Below, piece after piece: positions 32,662 through 41,807 of a stretch of DNA of 64,000 nt. Position numbers and translations under genes: made by a program. The first letter of the stretch is position 1. Each line of letters opens with the position of its first letter. Below the pieces are notes generated by a model. The model was not told where the DNA came from. It worked only from the letters and a program-made list of their open reading frames with translations, and did not search any database. Source of the DNA: an uncultured Planctomycetota bacterium (GTDB lineage: Bacteria > Planctomycetota > Planctomycetia > Isosphaerales > Isosphaeraceae); contig CAWGMQ010000011.1 of assembly GCA_963823665.1 (NCBI GenBank), positions 768,001 through 832,000 of the forward strand, read 5' to 3'.

Positions 32662-33609
32662 TCAATGATAACGCCTGAATCGCCCGCGAATCACGATGGC
32701 GACGCCGTTCATGAGCAGCAAGATCGTGACCAGGATCAGGATACCACCGGCGGCGACCGGCTGGAACTTCGTGCCCGGCTGCCTGGCGTAATTGTAGATC
32801 TCCACCGGCAGCGCGGAATATCGGTCCATCGGGCCATGCGGCAACTGCTGGATCGACGCCGCCGCACCGACCATGAGCAAGGGCGCCGTCTCGCCGATCG
32901 CGCGAGAGAGGCCCAGAATGGTGCCCGTCAAGATACCCGGCAAGGCCGAGGGCAAAACGTGATCGCGGACCACCTGCCATCGAGTCGCTCCCAGAGCCAG
33001 CGCCGCCTGCCGCAACGAGCCGGGCACCGCGCGCAGCGCCTCCTGCGTGGTGATCACGATGATCGGCAGAATGAGCAGGCTCAGGGTCAACACTCCCGCA
33101 AGCAGCACCTGGCCCAGCGCGATCGATTTGAAGCCGAACGCCCGCACAAATACCGCCAGGCCCAGAATTCCATAGACGATCGAAGGCACGCCGGCCAGAT
33201 TGGCGATATTCGTTTGAATGATCCGCCGGATCCGCCCCGGAGGCGCGTATTCTTCGAGGAACACGCCGGCCCCGACGCCCACGGGTATTCCGATCACGGC
33301 AACCAGTCCCAGAAGCCACAGGCTCCCCGTGATTCCGACCTGGTAGCCAGCTTCCGCCGGACGCCTCGACTGCAACGAGGTCGCCAGACGCCTGATGAGC
33401 CCGGCAAGATCCGCGAGATGCGCGCCCAAGGCATACCACGGATGTTCGGCCTGCCCCTGGAGCGCCGCTGCAACGACCGACCCCAGGAGCAAGGCCAGCA
33501 CGGCGACGCCCGTGCACGTCGCCATCAGGCACGCCGTTCCGAACAACGGCCCGGCCAGCCGCCGCATCGGACGATCCGCATTGAAGTGGCTCTGCGGCCC
33601 CGTGCTCAT
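32662..33609 (-). CDS. pstA: Phosphate ABC transporter permease
   Basis: NLAGVPSIVYG, EALRAVP, RAIGETAPL. Confidence 0.95.
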   Translation of the reverse strand: MSTGPQSHFNADRPMRRLAGPLFGTACLMATCTGVAVLALLLGSVVAAALQGQAEHPWYALGAHLADLAGLIRRLATSLQSRRPAEAGYQVGITGSLWLLGLVAVIGIPVGVGAGVFLEEYAPPGRIRRIIQTNIANLAGVPSIVYGILGLAVFVRAFGFKSIALGQVLLAGVLTLSLLILPIIVITTQEALRAVPGSLRQAALALGATRWQVVRDHVLPSALPGILTGTILGLSRAIGETAPLLMVGAAASIQQLPHGPMDRYSALPVEIYNYARQPGTKFQPVAAGGILILVTILLLMNGVAIVIRGRFRRYH

Positions 33610-34583
33610 TGATACACCTCGCGAAAGTGCCGCAAAATCCAGCCCGAAATAATATTGAGCACGAGCGTGACCGCAAAAAGAGTCAGGCCGACCGCAAACA
33701 GCGAAAGATACTTGGGCTCGCCGAAGGACGCCTCTCCGCCCATCACTTGAACAATGTAGGTCGTCATCGTCTCGATCTGTGTGAGCGGGTTCAATGTGAT
33801 TTGCGGCCGCGTGCCTGCGGCGAGCACCACAGCCATCGTCTCGCCGACTGCCCTGCTCACCGCCAGGATGAACGAAGCAAACACGCCGGAAAGTGCCGCC
33901 GGAAGCACCACCCGCGTTGATACCTCGAACTTGGTCGCCCCCAGCCCGAAGGCCGCTTCGCGCAGCCCGCGCGGCACGGCCGAGAGCACATCCTCCGAAA
34001 GCGAAGAGACCAGCGGAATGATCATCACGCCGACCACGATGCAGGCGGAGAGCGCGTTGAACGTATCCACCCTGAGCGTGGGCTCGAGCAAACGCTTCAG
34101 GACTGGCGTCACCAGCAAGATCGCCAGGTATCCGTAGACGATTGTGGGTATGCCCGCAAGCAGCTCGAGCGTCGGCTTCAGAACGCTACGAACTCGCCTC
34201 GGGGCATACTCGCTCAAGTAGATCGCACTCAAGAGACCGATCGGCAGCGCCACGAGCGACGAGCCCGCCGCCACCATGAACGTTCCCCACACGAGAGGAA
34301 GGATGCCGAATTTCGGCGGCTCGGCGTAGGGGTTCAGCGTGGTGCCGAAGAAGAACCCGGTCACCGACACAACCGGCAACCGGAAAAACTCGTAGCTCTG
34401 GACGCCCAGGACCAGTACAATGCCCGCCGTCGTGAAAACGGTGATGAGCGCACACGACGCAAGTCCGGCCGTCACCATCCATTCCCAGAATGCCAGCGCT
34501 CGTGAGTGCCCCTTCCACCGCACGACCACCGTCGGCGCGGCCGGTTTTTCCCCGGGATTCTTCGAGGGAGAGGCCAAAACCAA
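33606..34583 (-). CDS. pstC: Phosphate ABC transporter permease
   Basis: ELLAGIPTIVYG, SRAVGETMAV. Overlaps the pstA start. Confidence 0.95.
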   Translation of the reverse strand: MVLASPSKNPGEKPAAPTVVVRWKGHSRALAFWEWMVTAGLASCALITVFTTAGIVLVLGVQSYEFFRLPVVSVTGFFFGTTLNPYAEPPKFGILPLVWGTFMVAAGSSLVALPIGLLSAIYLSEYAPRRVRSVLKPTLELLAGIPTIVYGYLAILLVTPVLKRLLEPTLRVDTFNALSACIVVGVMIIPLVSSLSEDVLSAVPRGLREAAFGLGATKFEVSTRVVLPAALSGVFASFILAVSRAVGETMAVVLAAGTRPQITLNPLTQIETMTTYIVQVMGGEASFGEPKYLSLFAVGLTLFAVTLVLNIISGWILRHFREVYQ

Positions 34584-34588
34584 GATCC

Positions 34589-35578
34589 TTACTTCGTGGC
34601 CACGTTCTTGTCCTCGGCCTTGCCCCCCGCCGCTGGAAGAAGCTTGGCGAGCGTCGCCTGATTGGCGGCTTTGTCATCCTTCGTCGGAGGAGCATAGCCG
34701 CCGTCCACCGCAAACTGGTCGATCTTCTCGAGATAAAACGTGAGAAAACGACCCACCTCCGGCCGCCGCGCGGCCGAATTCTTCACGTAGATATAGAGCG
34801 GCCGTGAAAGCGGCGAGTACGTCTTGTCGATGATCGTGGTGAGGCTCGGAAGCACCGGAGCCGCATTTGGTCCGTTCTGCACGCCCACCGCTCGCAGTGT
34901 GTCTTTGTTTTCTGCGTAATACGCGTAGCCGAAATAGCCCAACGCGTCGGTGTCGTTCGTGATCCCTCGCACGAGGATGTTGTCGTCGGGGCTGTTCTGA
35001 ACATCATCACGCTGCTTCTTTTGCTGGCCGACGATCGCTTCGGTGAAAAACTCGAACGTCCCCGAATCGTGGTCCGGCGAATACAGAATGATCTCACGAT
35101 CAGGCCAGGACGGATCGAGCTCTTTCCATGTCCTCACCGTGCTCGCAGGCGCCCAGAGCTTTTTGAGCTGCTCGACGGAAAGCGATTTCACAAAGTCGTT
35201 CTTGGGATTCACGACCAGCGTGATGCCATCGTAACCCACCAGGAATCGCGACCACTCGAGCCCTTGCGCCTTCGCCTTCGTTTCCTCGTCCGGTTTGGCC
35301 GCGCGCGACGCGTCGACAATATCGATCTCACCCTCGAGATAGTGGGCGAAGCCCGCCCCGGTACCGTGGAAGTCGACCACAACGTTCGTCTTCGGTTCGA
35401 CCTGACGGAAGGCGTCTTGGGCCGCCATGCTGATCCGATAGACCGTGCTCGAGCCATCCACCACGATCGTCGGCCTCGGCCCGCCGCCTACCCCGCCTCC
35501 GCCGCAACCCGGCGCTGTCAGGATCCCGGCCAGAAGCGATAGCCCGATCATCCCACGCAATCCACGTGATATCGTCAT
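34589..35578 (-). CDS. pstS: Phosphate-binding lipoprotein
   Basis: Lipoprotein-like signal (LTAPGC), DGSSTV, ASR, SGTFEFF, PLSRPLYIYV. Confidence 0.93.
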   Translation of the reverse strand: MTISRGLRGMIGLSLLAGILTAPGCGGGGVGGGPRPTIVVDGSSTVYRISMAAQDAFRQVEPKTNVVVDFHGTGAGFAHYLEGEIDIVDASRAAKPDEETKAKAQGLEWSRFLVGYDGITLVVNPKNDFVKSLSVEQLKKLWAPASTVRTWKELDPSWPDREIILYSPDHDSGTFEFFTEAIVGQQKKQRDDVQNSPDDNILVRGITNDTDALGYFGYAYYAENKDTLRAVGVQNGPNAAPVLPSLTTIIDKTYSPLSRPLYIYVKNSAARRPEVGRFLTFYLEKIDQFAVDGGYAPPTKDDKAANQATLAKLLPAAGGKAEDKNVATK

Positions 35579-35647
35579 CCTGGGCAGTTCCTTGCTTGTT
35601 AGGCGGTCGACACCAACTCAGACGCCGTGACCGCCCAGGGTTGGTCC

Positions 35648-35681
35648 GCTTACCAGTTCGCTCAGCTTACCAGTTCGCTCA
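35648..35681. repeat. Perfect 17-bp tandem repeat GCTTACCAGTTCGCTCA x2 in the pstS leader
   Basis: Copies at 35648-35664 and 35665-35681. Confidence 0.9.
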
Positions 35682-35725
35682 ACCTCGATCGGGCGCAGCG
35701 GCGAAACGACACTGTAACGTTCGAA

Positions 35726-35742
35726 TGTGAAGGTTTCGTGAA
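35726..35742 (-). promoter_or_regulatory. Candidate Pho box (TTCAC direct repeats at 11-bp spacing)
   Basis: Minus strand TTCACGAAACC-TTCACA, about 150 bp upstream of pstS. The 11-bp period is typical of PhoB/OmpR-family sites. Confidence 0.5.
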
Positions 35743-35896
35743 TAATTCGCGTGAGTTCACGGGGCTTTCCGGGCCGCCGCTCCGCTTCTGCTCTTGCACG
35801 CAGGTCGAATCACGCCGGCGTTAGAGCCCGGCGAAAGCTCGCCACGGACGATCGAGCCCAAAAGGCTCGATCGCTCCCTGTCCGATTGCTGCTGCA

Positions 35897-37219
35897 TCAG
35901 GCAAGGAGCCTTTCGCCATTGAGCTGCCCTACCGCCAACGCTGCGCGAGGCAGTCGGATTTGAAACCGCGAGCCTGATCCGACCCGGCTTGCAACATCGA
36001 TCTGGCCGCCAATCGAGCCGACCAGGTGCTTGACGATCGAGAGGCCCAGTCCAGTCCCGCCAAGCTCGCGGCTCCGGGCCTTGTCTACCCGGTAAAATCG
36101 CTCGAAAATCCGCGGCAAATCGTCGCGCGGAATGCCGATGCCGGTGTCGGCGACCTCCACGCAAATCTCGTTATGATCGCCCCAGCACGAGACGGAGACC
36201 GACCGCCCAGCCGGCGTGTATTTGATCGCGTTATCCACCAGGTTGTCGACGATCTGCCGGATCGCTTCCTCGTCGGCAAGCACCTGGGCTTCGTCGTCGA
36301 GCCCGCCAGGGTCAAAGTCGAGGGAAAGACCGCTCGCCTCGGCCCGTTCTCGTTGAGCTTCCACGCAAGATTGAACGACCCCGACAAGCGGAAGTGGACT
36401 GTGTTCAAACGGCTCTTGCCCCGACTCGATTCGAGCCAGGCTGAGCAGGTCGAGGATCAACGTGTTCAGCCGTTCAACCTGCTCGTCGATTCTCTCGAGG
36501 AATCGCCGATTCACGGTGTCGTCGTGGATTGCCCAGTCGAGCAGGGTCTCGTTATACGCTTTGATCGAGGCCAGCGGTGTCTTCAGCTCGTGCGAAGCAT
36601 TGGCGACAAAGTCCTGCCTCATCCGCTCCAGACGCCTGAGCTCGGTGACATCGTGAAATACCAGCACGACGCCCGGCGACGGCCGCCCTGGAAGCGGCGT
36701 GCCGCGCACCGACAGCGACCGATTACTTCCGCGCGCTGCATCGCGGCCGGGGAGCGTGATCTCACCCTGGTAAGCCGACGAGCCATCCAGCCGTAGGGTC
36801 GCCTCGACCGCATCCTGCACTTGCGGACCCCGGATCAGCTCCGGCACCAGCCGGCCGGCCGAGGCATCCTCGAGCCCGAACAGCCGGGCGGCGCTATCGT
36901 TGGCGAACAACAGCCGGCGCCGATTATCGACGGCGATGACCGCCTCTTCCATCGCCTCGAGCACGACCCGGAGCTGCTGCCGGTCCTGTTCGAGCTTCTC
37001 GCTGCGGCCCTCGATATCGGCCACTGCCGCATTGAACGTCTTCACCAGCCCGCCGAGGGGTCCCGGCACCATTAGTCGAACGTGCCGCGCCTTCTGCCCG
37101 CTGCCCATCGCGTGCAATCCGCGACAGACGTCGGCGAGGGCCCTCCACCAACTCCATGTGGCATACACAGCCAGTGCCAGCACTGGGGCCGCCAGGGTGA
37201 TCGCGAGGGTTTCCATCAT
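35897..37219 (-). CDS. phoR: PhoR-like sensor histidine kinase (TM-HAMP-PAS-HisKA-HATPase)
   Basis: RQDFVANASHELKTPL, NLVDNAIKYT, DTGIGI, RIFERFYRVDKARSRELGGTGLGL. Adjacent to pstS. Confidence 0.9.
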   Translation of the reverse strand: MMETLAITLAAPVLALAVYATWSWWRALADVCRGLHAMGSGQKARHVRLMVPGPLGGLVKTFNAAVADIEGRSEKLEQDRQQLRVVLEAMEEAVIAVDNRRRLLFANDSAARLFGLEDASAGRLVPELIRGPQVQDAVEATLRLDGSSAYQGEITLPGRDAARGSNRSLSVRGTPLPGRPSPGVVLVFHDVTELRRLERMRQDFVANASHELKTPLASIKAYNETLLDWAIHDDTVNRRFLERIDEQVERLNTLILDLLSLARIESGQEPFEHSPLPLVGVVQSCVEAQRERAEASGLSLDFDPGGLDDEAQVLADEEAIRQIVDNLVDNAIKYTPAGRSVSVSCWGDHNEICVEVADTGIGIPRDDLPRIFERFYRVDKARSRELGGTGLGLSIVKHLVGSIGGQIDVASRVGSGSRFQIRLPRAALAVGQLNGERLLA

Positions 37220-37652
37220 ACACCCCAAACCGGCGTTTTCCGTCCCGCTGTGCTGGCTCACGGATCTCCCAGCCCCGCACGATCCTTGCCCGCACCAGCT
37301 TCGCTACCAGGAGGGCACTCAGTATGAACGCCGCGCACACGAGCGGTCAAGCAGGCCAGCCTTGCCCAACCGCCGATGCAGGCGCGTCGCCCCGGCCACG
37401 TGTGCCCATCTCTCACGGCAATCAACCCTTGCGCTGGCGCCGCCCGCGCCGCGATTCGCCCGCCCCATCAACTGTCGGGACATTCCCAAGGCGAGAAAAA
37501 AAACAGGTTGGCCGATATCCGCCGCCTGCGGGAATCCTGCCTGCCGGCGAGGGTGTCGACGGACGAAAAGGCCACGACAATACGGCCCATTCGTTTGTCT
37601 TGCTCAAGCATCCTGCGATCGGTTACTCTCGTCCATAAGGCGAAAGGAGCCG

Positions 37653-38156
37653 ATGATGGCGAAGCCCACTCCGGATGTGTTTCAACTCACGAGCATCAAC
37701 CAGACCAGGTCTCTGTTCAGACCGGTGAAAATGGTGATGACCTGCATCGCTTCCACCCAGGAACCCGATCCAAGCGATTATTACACCAGCTTTCACGATT
37801 GCTCGTGGGTATATGCTCAATCGAAGATCGGCCAGGACGATCTGGGAACGACGTATATCCGCACCTGGAGGATGATCCGCTGCGAAGTCCCTCCCACTCT
37901 ACAGCGCGGTTCCGACATCACGGTTTATTTTCGGCCCCGAAGTCCTCTGCCCTGGAACTTGTGGATCCGCGAATTGCTCTATCGGATCTCCGTTGTGTTC
38001 GGTCAACTGCTTGCCTTGCTTCGCGGCGGGACGCCCCGGGATGGCGTCGGGACCGGCGGCGGCCCCGCTGTGGGTACAGTAACCCGCGTGGGCGCAACAC
38101 ATGCCGCGCCCGGATACCACGACTCAGAAACCATCATCATAAGGCCCGCGGAGTAA
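37653..38156 (+). CDS. Hypothetical protein (167 aa, no family recognised)
   Basis: Strong RBS AAGGAG before ATG 37653. Protein-like composition with a hydrophobic segment near the C-terminus. Confidence 0.55.
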   Translation: MMAKPTPDVFQLTSINQTRSLFRPVKMVMTCIASTQEPDPSDYYTSFHDCSWVYAQSKIGQDDLGTTYIRTWRMIRCEVPPTLQRGSDITVYFRPRSPLPWNLWIRELLYRISVVFGQLLALLRGGTPRDGVGTGGGPAVGTVTRVGATHAAPGYHDSETIIIRPAE

Positions 38157-38250
38157 GACCTTCAGACCGTGGCGCGCTCCGGAAAAGCCAGGCCTCACAA
38201 CCTCGCGCCCGCCGTATCGCTCTCGCCATACCGCCGTCTGGCCACGGCGG

Positions 38251-39996
38251 TCATTTCAATTGAGACCTGGCCGCTTCCAGCCGTCGCCGGTCGAGTTGCC
38301 GGTCCGGGTCGATGGCGAGCGCTCTCTCGAATTGCCCGGCGGCCTGCGCGAAAAGCCCGCGGCCTGCGCCGGCATTTCGCTTCTCGAGTTGAATCTGGGC
38401 CTCGATGCCGGCCGTCACGCCCAGCAAGCTTGCGTACACCGGGTTCCTGGGCGCGGATGTGGCGAGCGCCTCGAGCGTTTCCCGGGCCCGCCTGCAGCCT
38501 TTCTCCGCCTCGGAAACCCGCCTGCGAGCGAGGAGAAACCGGCTCTGGCGGTTGAGCACGTCGGCCAGCTCCTCGCGGAAGTGCGGCATATCCGTGTGCT
38601 TTTGAATGAGCAGGTGGATCAGCTCCAGCGCCTCGTCGAAACACTTGAACGCTTCGGGAACACGACCCGCGTCTGAGCCGACCACTTCCGCCCTTCGCGA
38701 AAGTGCTGCCGCGATCACCCAGTGTGCGCCCGAGAGGAAAGTAGGATTCGGAGGTTACCTTTCGAGCAGCCGCGATCGCGCGATCGAAACTCTCTTCGGC
38801 GTCGCCGCGATCCTTCAGGTCCTGTGCCGCGATCGCGCGGTTGGTGTAAGCCAGGCCCAGGTAGTAAGTCACCCGGTTCGCATTCTCTCCGACAGGGTTT
38901 CCGCTCGATGCGTGCAGCAGCAGATCGACGGCGCCCGAGGCGCTCGCTCGAGCCTCTTCTGGCTTGTCCCACAGAATCATGACGTTCGAGCGATTGATGA
39001 GTATCGACGCCTTCAGCAAGTCGTAAGACAAACTGGAGGGGCGCCCGCAACATATTCGACGTGCTGCAAAGCGGTGTCGTAGTCCTTGAGCGCCAGGCGA
39101 CTCTGGGAATTCATGCGGTAAAGCTCGCCCCGGTCGATCATCTCGTCGACGAGTGCACGGCGCGCCTCGGCGGCGCGGTTGGGACCGCCCACCAGACTCG
39201 CGAAGAAATCGATCGAGCGCTGATAACAATCGCGTGCTTCGTCGGGCTGGCCGGTCAAGCGGAGAAGCGCGGCGAGTATCCGATAGCATTCCCCTGCCTC
39301 GAAACGGATATTCGGATCCACAGGGTACGACGCCAGAAGCCTCGTGTAGATTTCCACCTCGTTCCGGGCCAGCTTCAGTCGGAGCTGCTCCGTCTTGCCA
39401 AAAGCGGCCAGCGATGTCCGGGCGAGTTCAGACTGGTCCCGCAGGGCCGTTCGGGTGATGCCCAGAAGCTGAGACGCCCGCTCAAGCGCCGCCTCGGTCT
39501 TGGCATTTTCGCGGCCGATCTGCCAGGCGTGCCAGCAAAGGCCCACCACGCTGAGGACCAGCACGGCCGCCGAGCTTGCCAGCAGGTGCCGGCGCCTGCG
39601 TATCCTGCGCCAGGCGCGCATCCACGTCGGCTCTCGGTAGGCCGAAACGGGTTGATCCGCCAGCCAGCGCTCCAGATCGTCGGCGAGGCTCCGGGCCGAC
39701 GGGTAACGATCGCTCGGCTCAAGCGCCATCGCCCGGCGGCAAATCCCCTCGAGCGCTCGGTCGGCCCTGGGATTCACATCGCGGGGCAGGGGAAACTCGC
39801 CCCGCTCCACCTTGAGGAAGAGCTCCGCCTTGTCGTTGTCTTCGAAGGGCGGCCGCCCTGTCAGCAGGTAGTAAAGAGTTGCCCCCAAGCCGTAAATGTC
39901 CGTCGCAGCGCCCAGCCGTTCCACGTCCCCCCGCGCCTGTTCCGGACTCATATACGCGGCCGTCCCCATCCGCGTGCCTGCCGTTGTCGGCTCCAT
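38251..39996 (-). pseudogene. 5'-truncated Ser/Thr kinase (C-lobe only) + TM + TPR repeats; frameshifts near 39040 and 38750
   Basis: Begins at the activation segment (MGTAAYMSPEQARG, DIYGLGATLYYLLTGRPPF). No Gly-loop, HRD or DFG. In-frame TGA just upstream. TPR-like helices downstream. Confidence 0.75.
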
Positions 39997-40010
39997 GTCG
40001 CCTCATCCAT

Positions 40011-40058
40011 GGCCCCAAACGGGGCCCCGGTCAATAGCCACGGGCTTCAGCCCTTGGC
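40011..40058. repeat. REP-like element (GGCCCCaaacGGGGCC + AGCCACGGGCTTCAGCCCTTGG hairpins)
   Basis: Two short inverted repeats in the intergenic gap, of the GGGCTTCAGCCC REP type. Confidence 0.6.
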
Positions 40059-40091
40059 GCCTCGCATGCTCTTCCAGAGAGGGGTTCTGAC

Positions 40092-41570
40092 TCAACCCCC
40101 GCTCCCCTTGGCCGCCTCACCGCCAACCGGCGACGCTTTCGACCCGCCAGGTAGACACAACCCACAAGGCTGAAAGCCCTTCCCTGCGGCATCAGTCGAA
40201 TCGCGCACCGTCCCCCGATGATGCGCCGCAATCGATCCAACGTGCGCGCACTCCGGACGATGATAGACCTTGGTGTTCGTGTTGACGACGAACGAGCCAC
40301 TCGGGGATGAATCGCTCCCAGCCTGGTTGATTTCAACCAACCGCCGGGCGCCGGTTCCAGACCCGCCAAGCGGTTCAATCCCCAGAACAGAGTGCAACTC
40401 CGCAGCGAGTCGATCCGCCCGATTCCTGCCCACCATGACCGCCCATGAAGCGGCGGCCGCGGCGACCAGGAGCGACGCCGCGCAAACACCGGCCGAGAGA
40501 TAAGGAAACGACCAGCCGCCCTTGTGCTGCGTCCTGAGCCAGAGGTCGAGCTCGTCGGCGAGACTTCGCGCCGTGGCGTGGCGCTCGGACGGCACGTTGG
40601 CGATGGACCGGTCACAGATTCGCTGGAGGGCCGCCGGCACGCAGCCGCCGCCAACCGGCCCGCGTGGCTTGCCCGCCGGCGAATTTCCCGCCTCATCAGG
40701 CCGCCGGCCATGCAGCAACTCATAGAAGATCACGCCCAGGCTGTAGACGTCGCTCCGCTCGTCAACCAAGCGGCTAACTCCGAGCGCTTGCTCCGGGCTC
40801 ATGTAGGCCGGAGTGCCGACGATCGCCCCTTCACGCGTCAAATCCGACTCGAAGTCAGACCGTCGCGCCAGCCCGAAGTCGATCAGCCGCGGCTTTCCCT
40901 GGTCGTCAATCAGAATGTTCGCCGGCTTGAGGTCGCGATGCAGAACTCCCATGTGGTGGGCGTGATCGAGCGCATCGGCCAGCGCCCGCACGACCCGGGC
41001 GGCCGTGATCGCATCCATCCGGTGGTGGTCGCGATACCACCAGAGCGGCCGGCCCACGACAAGGTGGTAGGCCACCCAGCACCGGCCGCCGTCGTAACCG
41101 GCGTCGTGCACAGCGACGATGTTGGGATGATCGAGCCGCGCCACCGCTCGGGCCTCACGGAAAAAACGCTCCATCACCCGGTCCCCGGGATTAGGCTGCT
41201 TGAGGATCTTGATCGCGACATCCCGGTCGAGCCTCGGGTCGTAAGCCCGGTAAACCTCGCCGAAACCGCCGTCACCCAGCCGCTCGCGAAGCTGGAATCG
41301 CCCCAGTGACCCCAGTGAGCCGCGGGCCCAGTTCTTGGCCCAGTTTGCCGCCTCGCTGATCCGTGTCACCAGCGAGCCCGGCGAGCCCGTCGCAGTGACC
41401 ACGCCCGCTTCCGCAGAATCAATCGGGCTCGGCGAATCAAGCTGGCTCGAATCCGTCTGGATCAGCGACCCGCAGTGCGGACATTCACTGCTGGCCCGCT
41501 CCTCCGAGCCGCCGCTCAACTCGACACTTCGCAAACACCCACTGCAAACCACGCGGGCCGACGAATTCAT
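40092..41570 (-). CDS. Ser/Thr kinase with N-terminal Zn ribbon, TM and C-terminal Ada-like metal-binding domain
   Basis: CSGC...CPHC; GDGGFGEV, HRDLKPAN, DFGLAR, GTPAYMSPEQ; TM; VNTNTKVYHRPEC...GFQPCGLCLP. Confidence 0.88.
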   Translation of the reverse strand: MNSSARVVCSGCLRSVELSGGSEERASSECPHCGSLIQTDSSQLDSPSPIDSAEAGVVTATGSPGSLVTRISEAANWAKNWARGSLGSLGRFQLRERLGDGGFGEVYRAYDPRLDRDVAIKILKQPNPGDRVMERFFREARAVARLDHPNIVAVHDAGYDGGRCWVAYHLVVGRPLWWYRDHHRMDAITAARVVRALADALDHAHHMGVLHRDLKPANILIDDQGKPRLIDFGLARRSDFESDLTREGAIVGTPAYMSPEQALGVSRLVDERSDVYSLGVIFYELLHGRRPDEAGNSPAGKPRGPVGGGCVPAALQRICDRSIANVPSERHATARSLADELDLWLRTQHKGGWSFPYLSAGVCAASLLVAAAAASWAVMVGRNRADRLAAELHSVLGIEPLGGSGTGARRLVEINQAGSDSSPSGSFVVNTNTKVYHRPECAHVGSIAAHHRGTVRDSTDAAGKGFQPCGLCLPGGSKASPVGGEAAKGSGG

Positions 41571-41807
41571 CGCCGCTCCTTCCCTAGCCAGTCAAGCCAA
41601 GCGCTCGATCCAGTTCGATTCGCTTAATATAGCATGCCTCCACGCTCGGAGGTTAACACTTCGAGAATAGAACGCGGTCTCTCCATCAACAAATGCTTGA
41701 GCATCCGTCATCGTTCGAGCGCGTTGCGTTCGGTCCACCTGGCCAGTAGAGTTGCACAGAGCCCGGGAAATGCTGCCAGTTCTGTAATCGGGAGCGAGAG
41801 CACAACG

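Noticed and set aside
35648..35681. 17-bp repeat as a mini CRISPR
   Set aside because: Two adjacent copies without a spacer, too short, and no cas genes.
36900..37652. N-terminal 250 aa of ORF 36900..38156
   Set aside because: Antisense to phoR and low complexity. The RBS-supported start is 37653.
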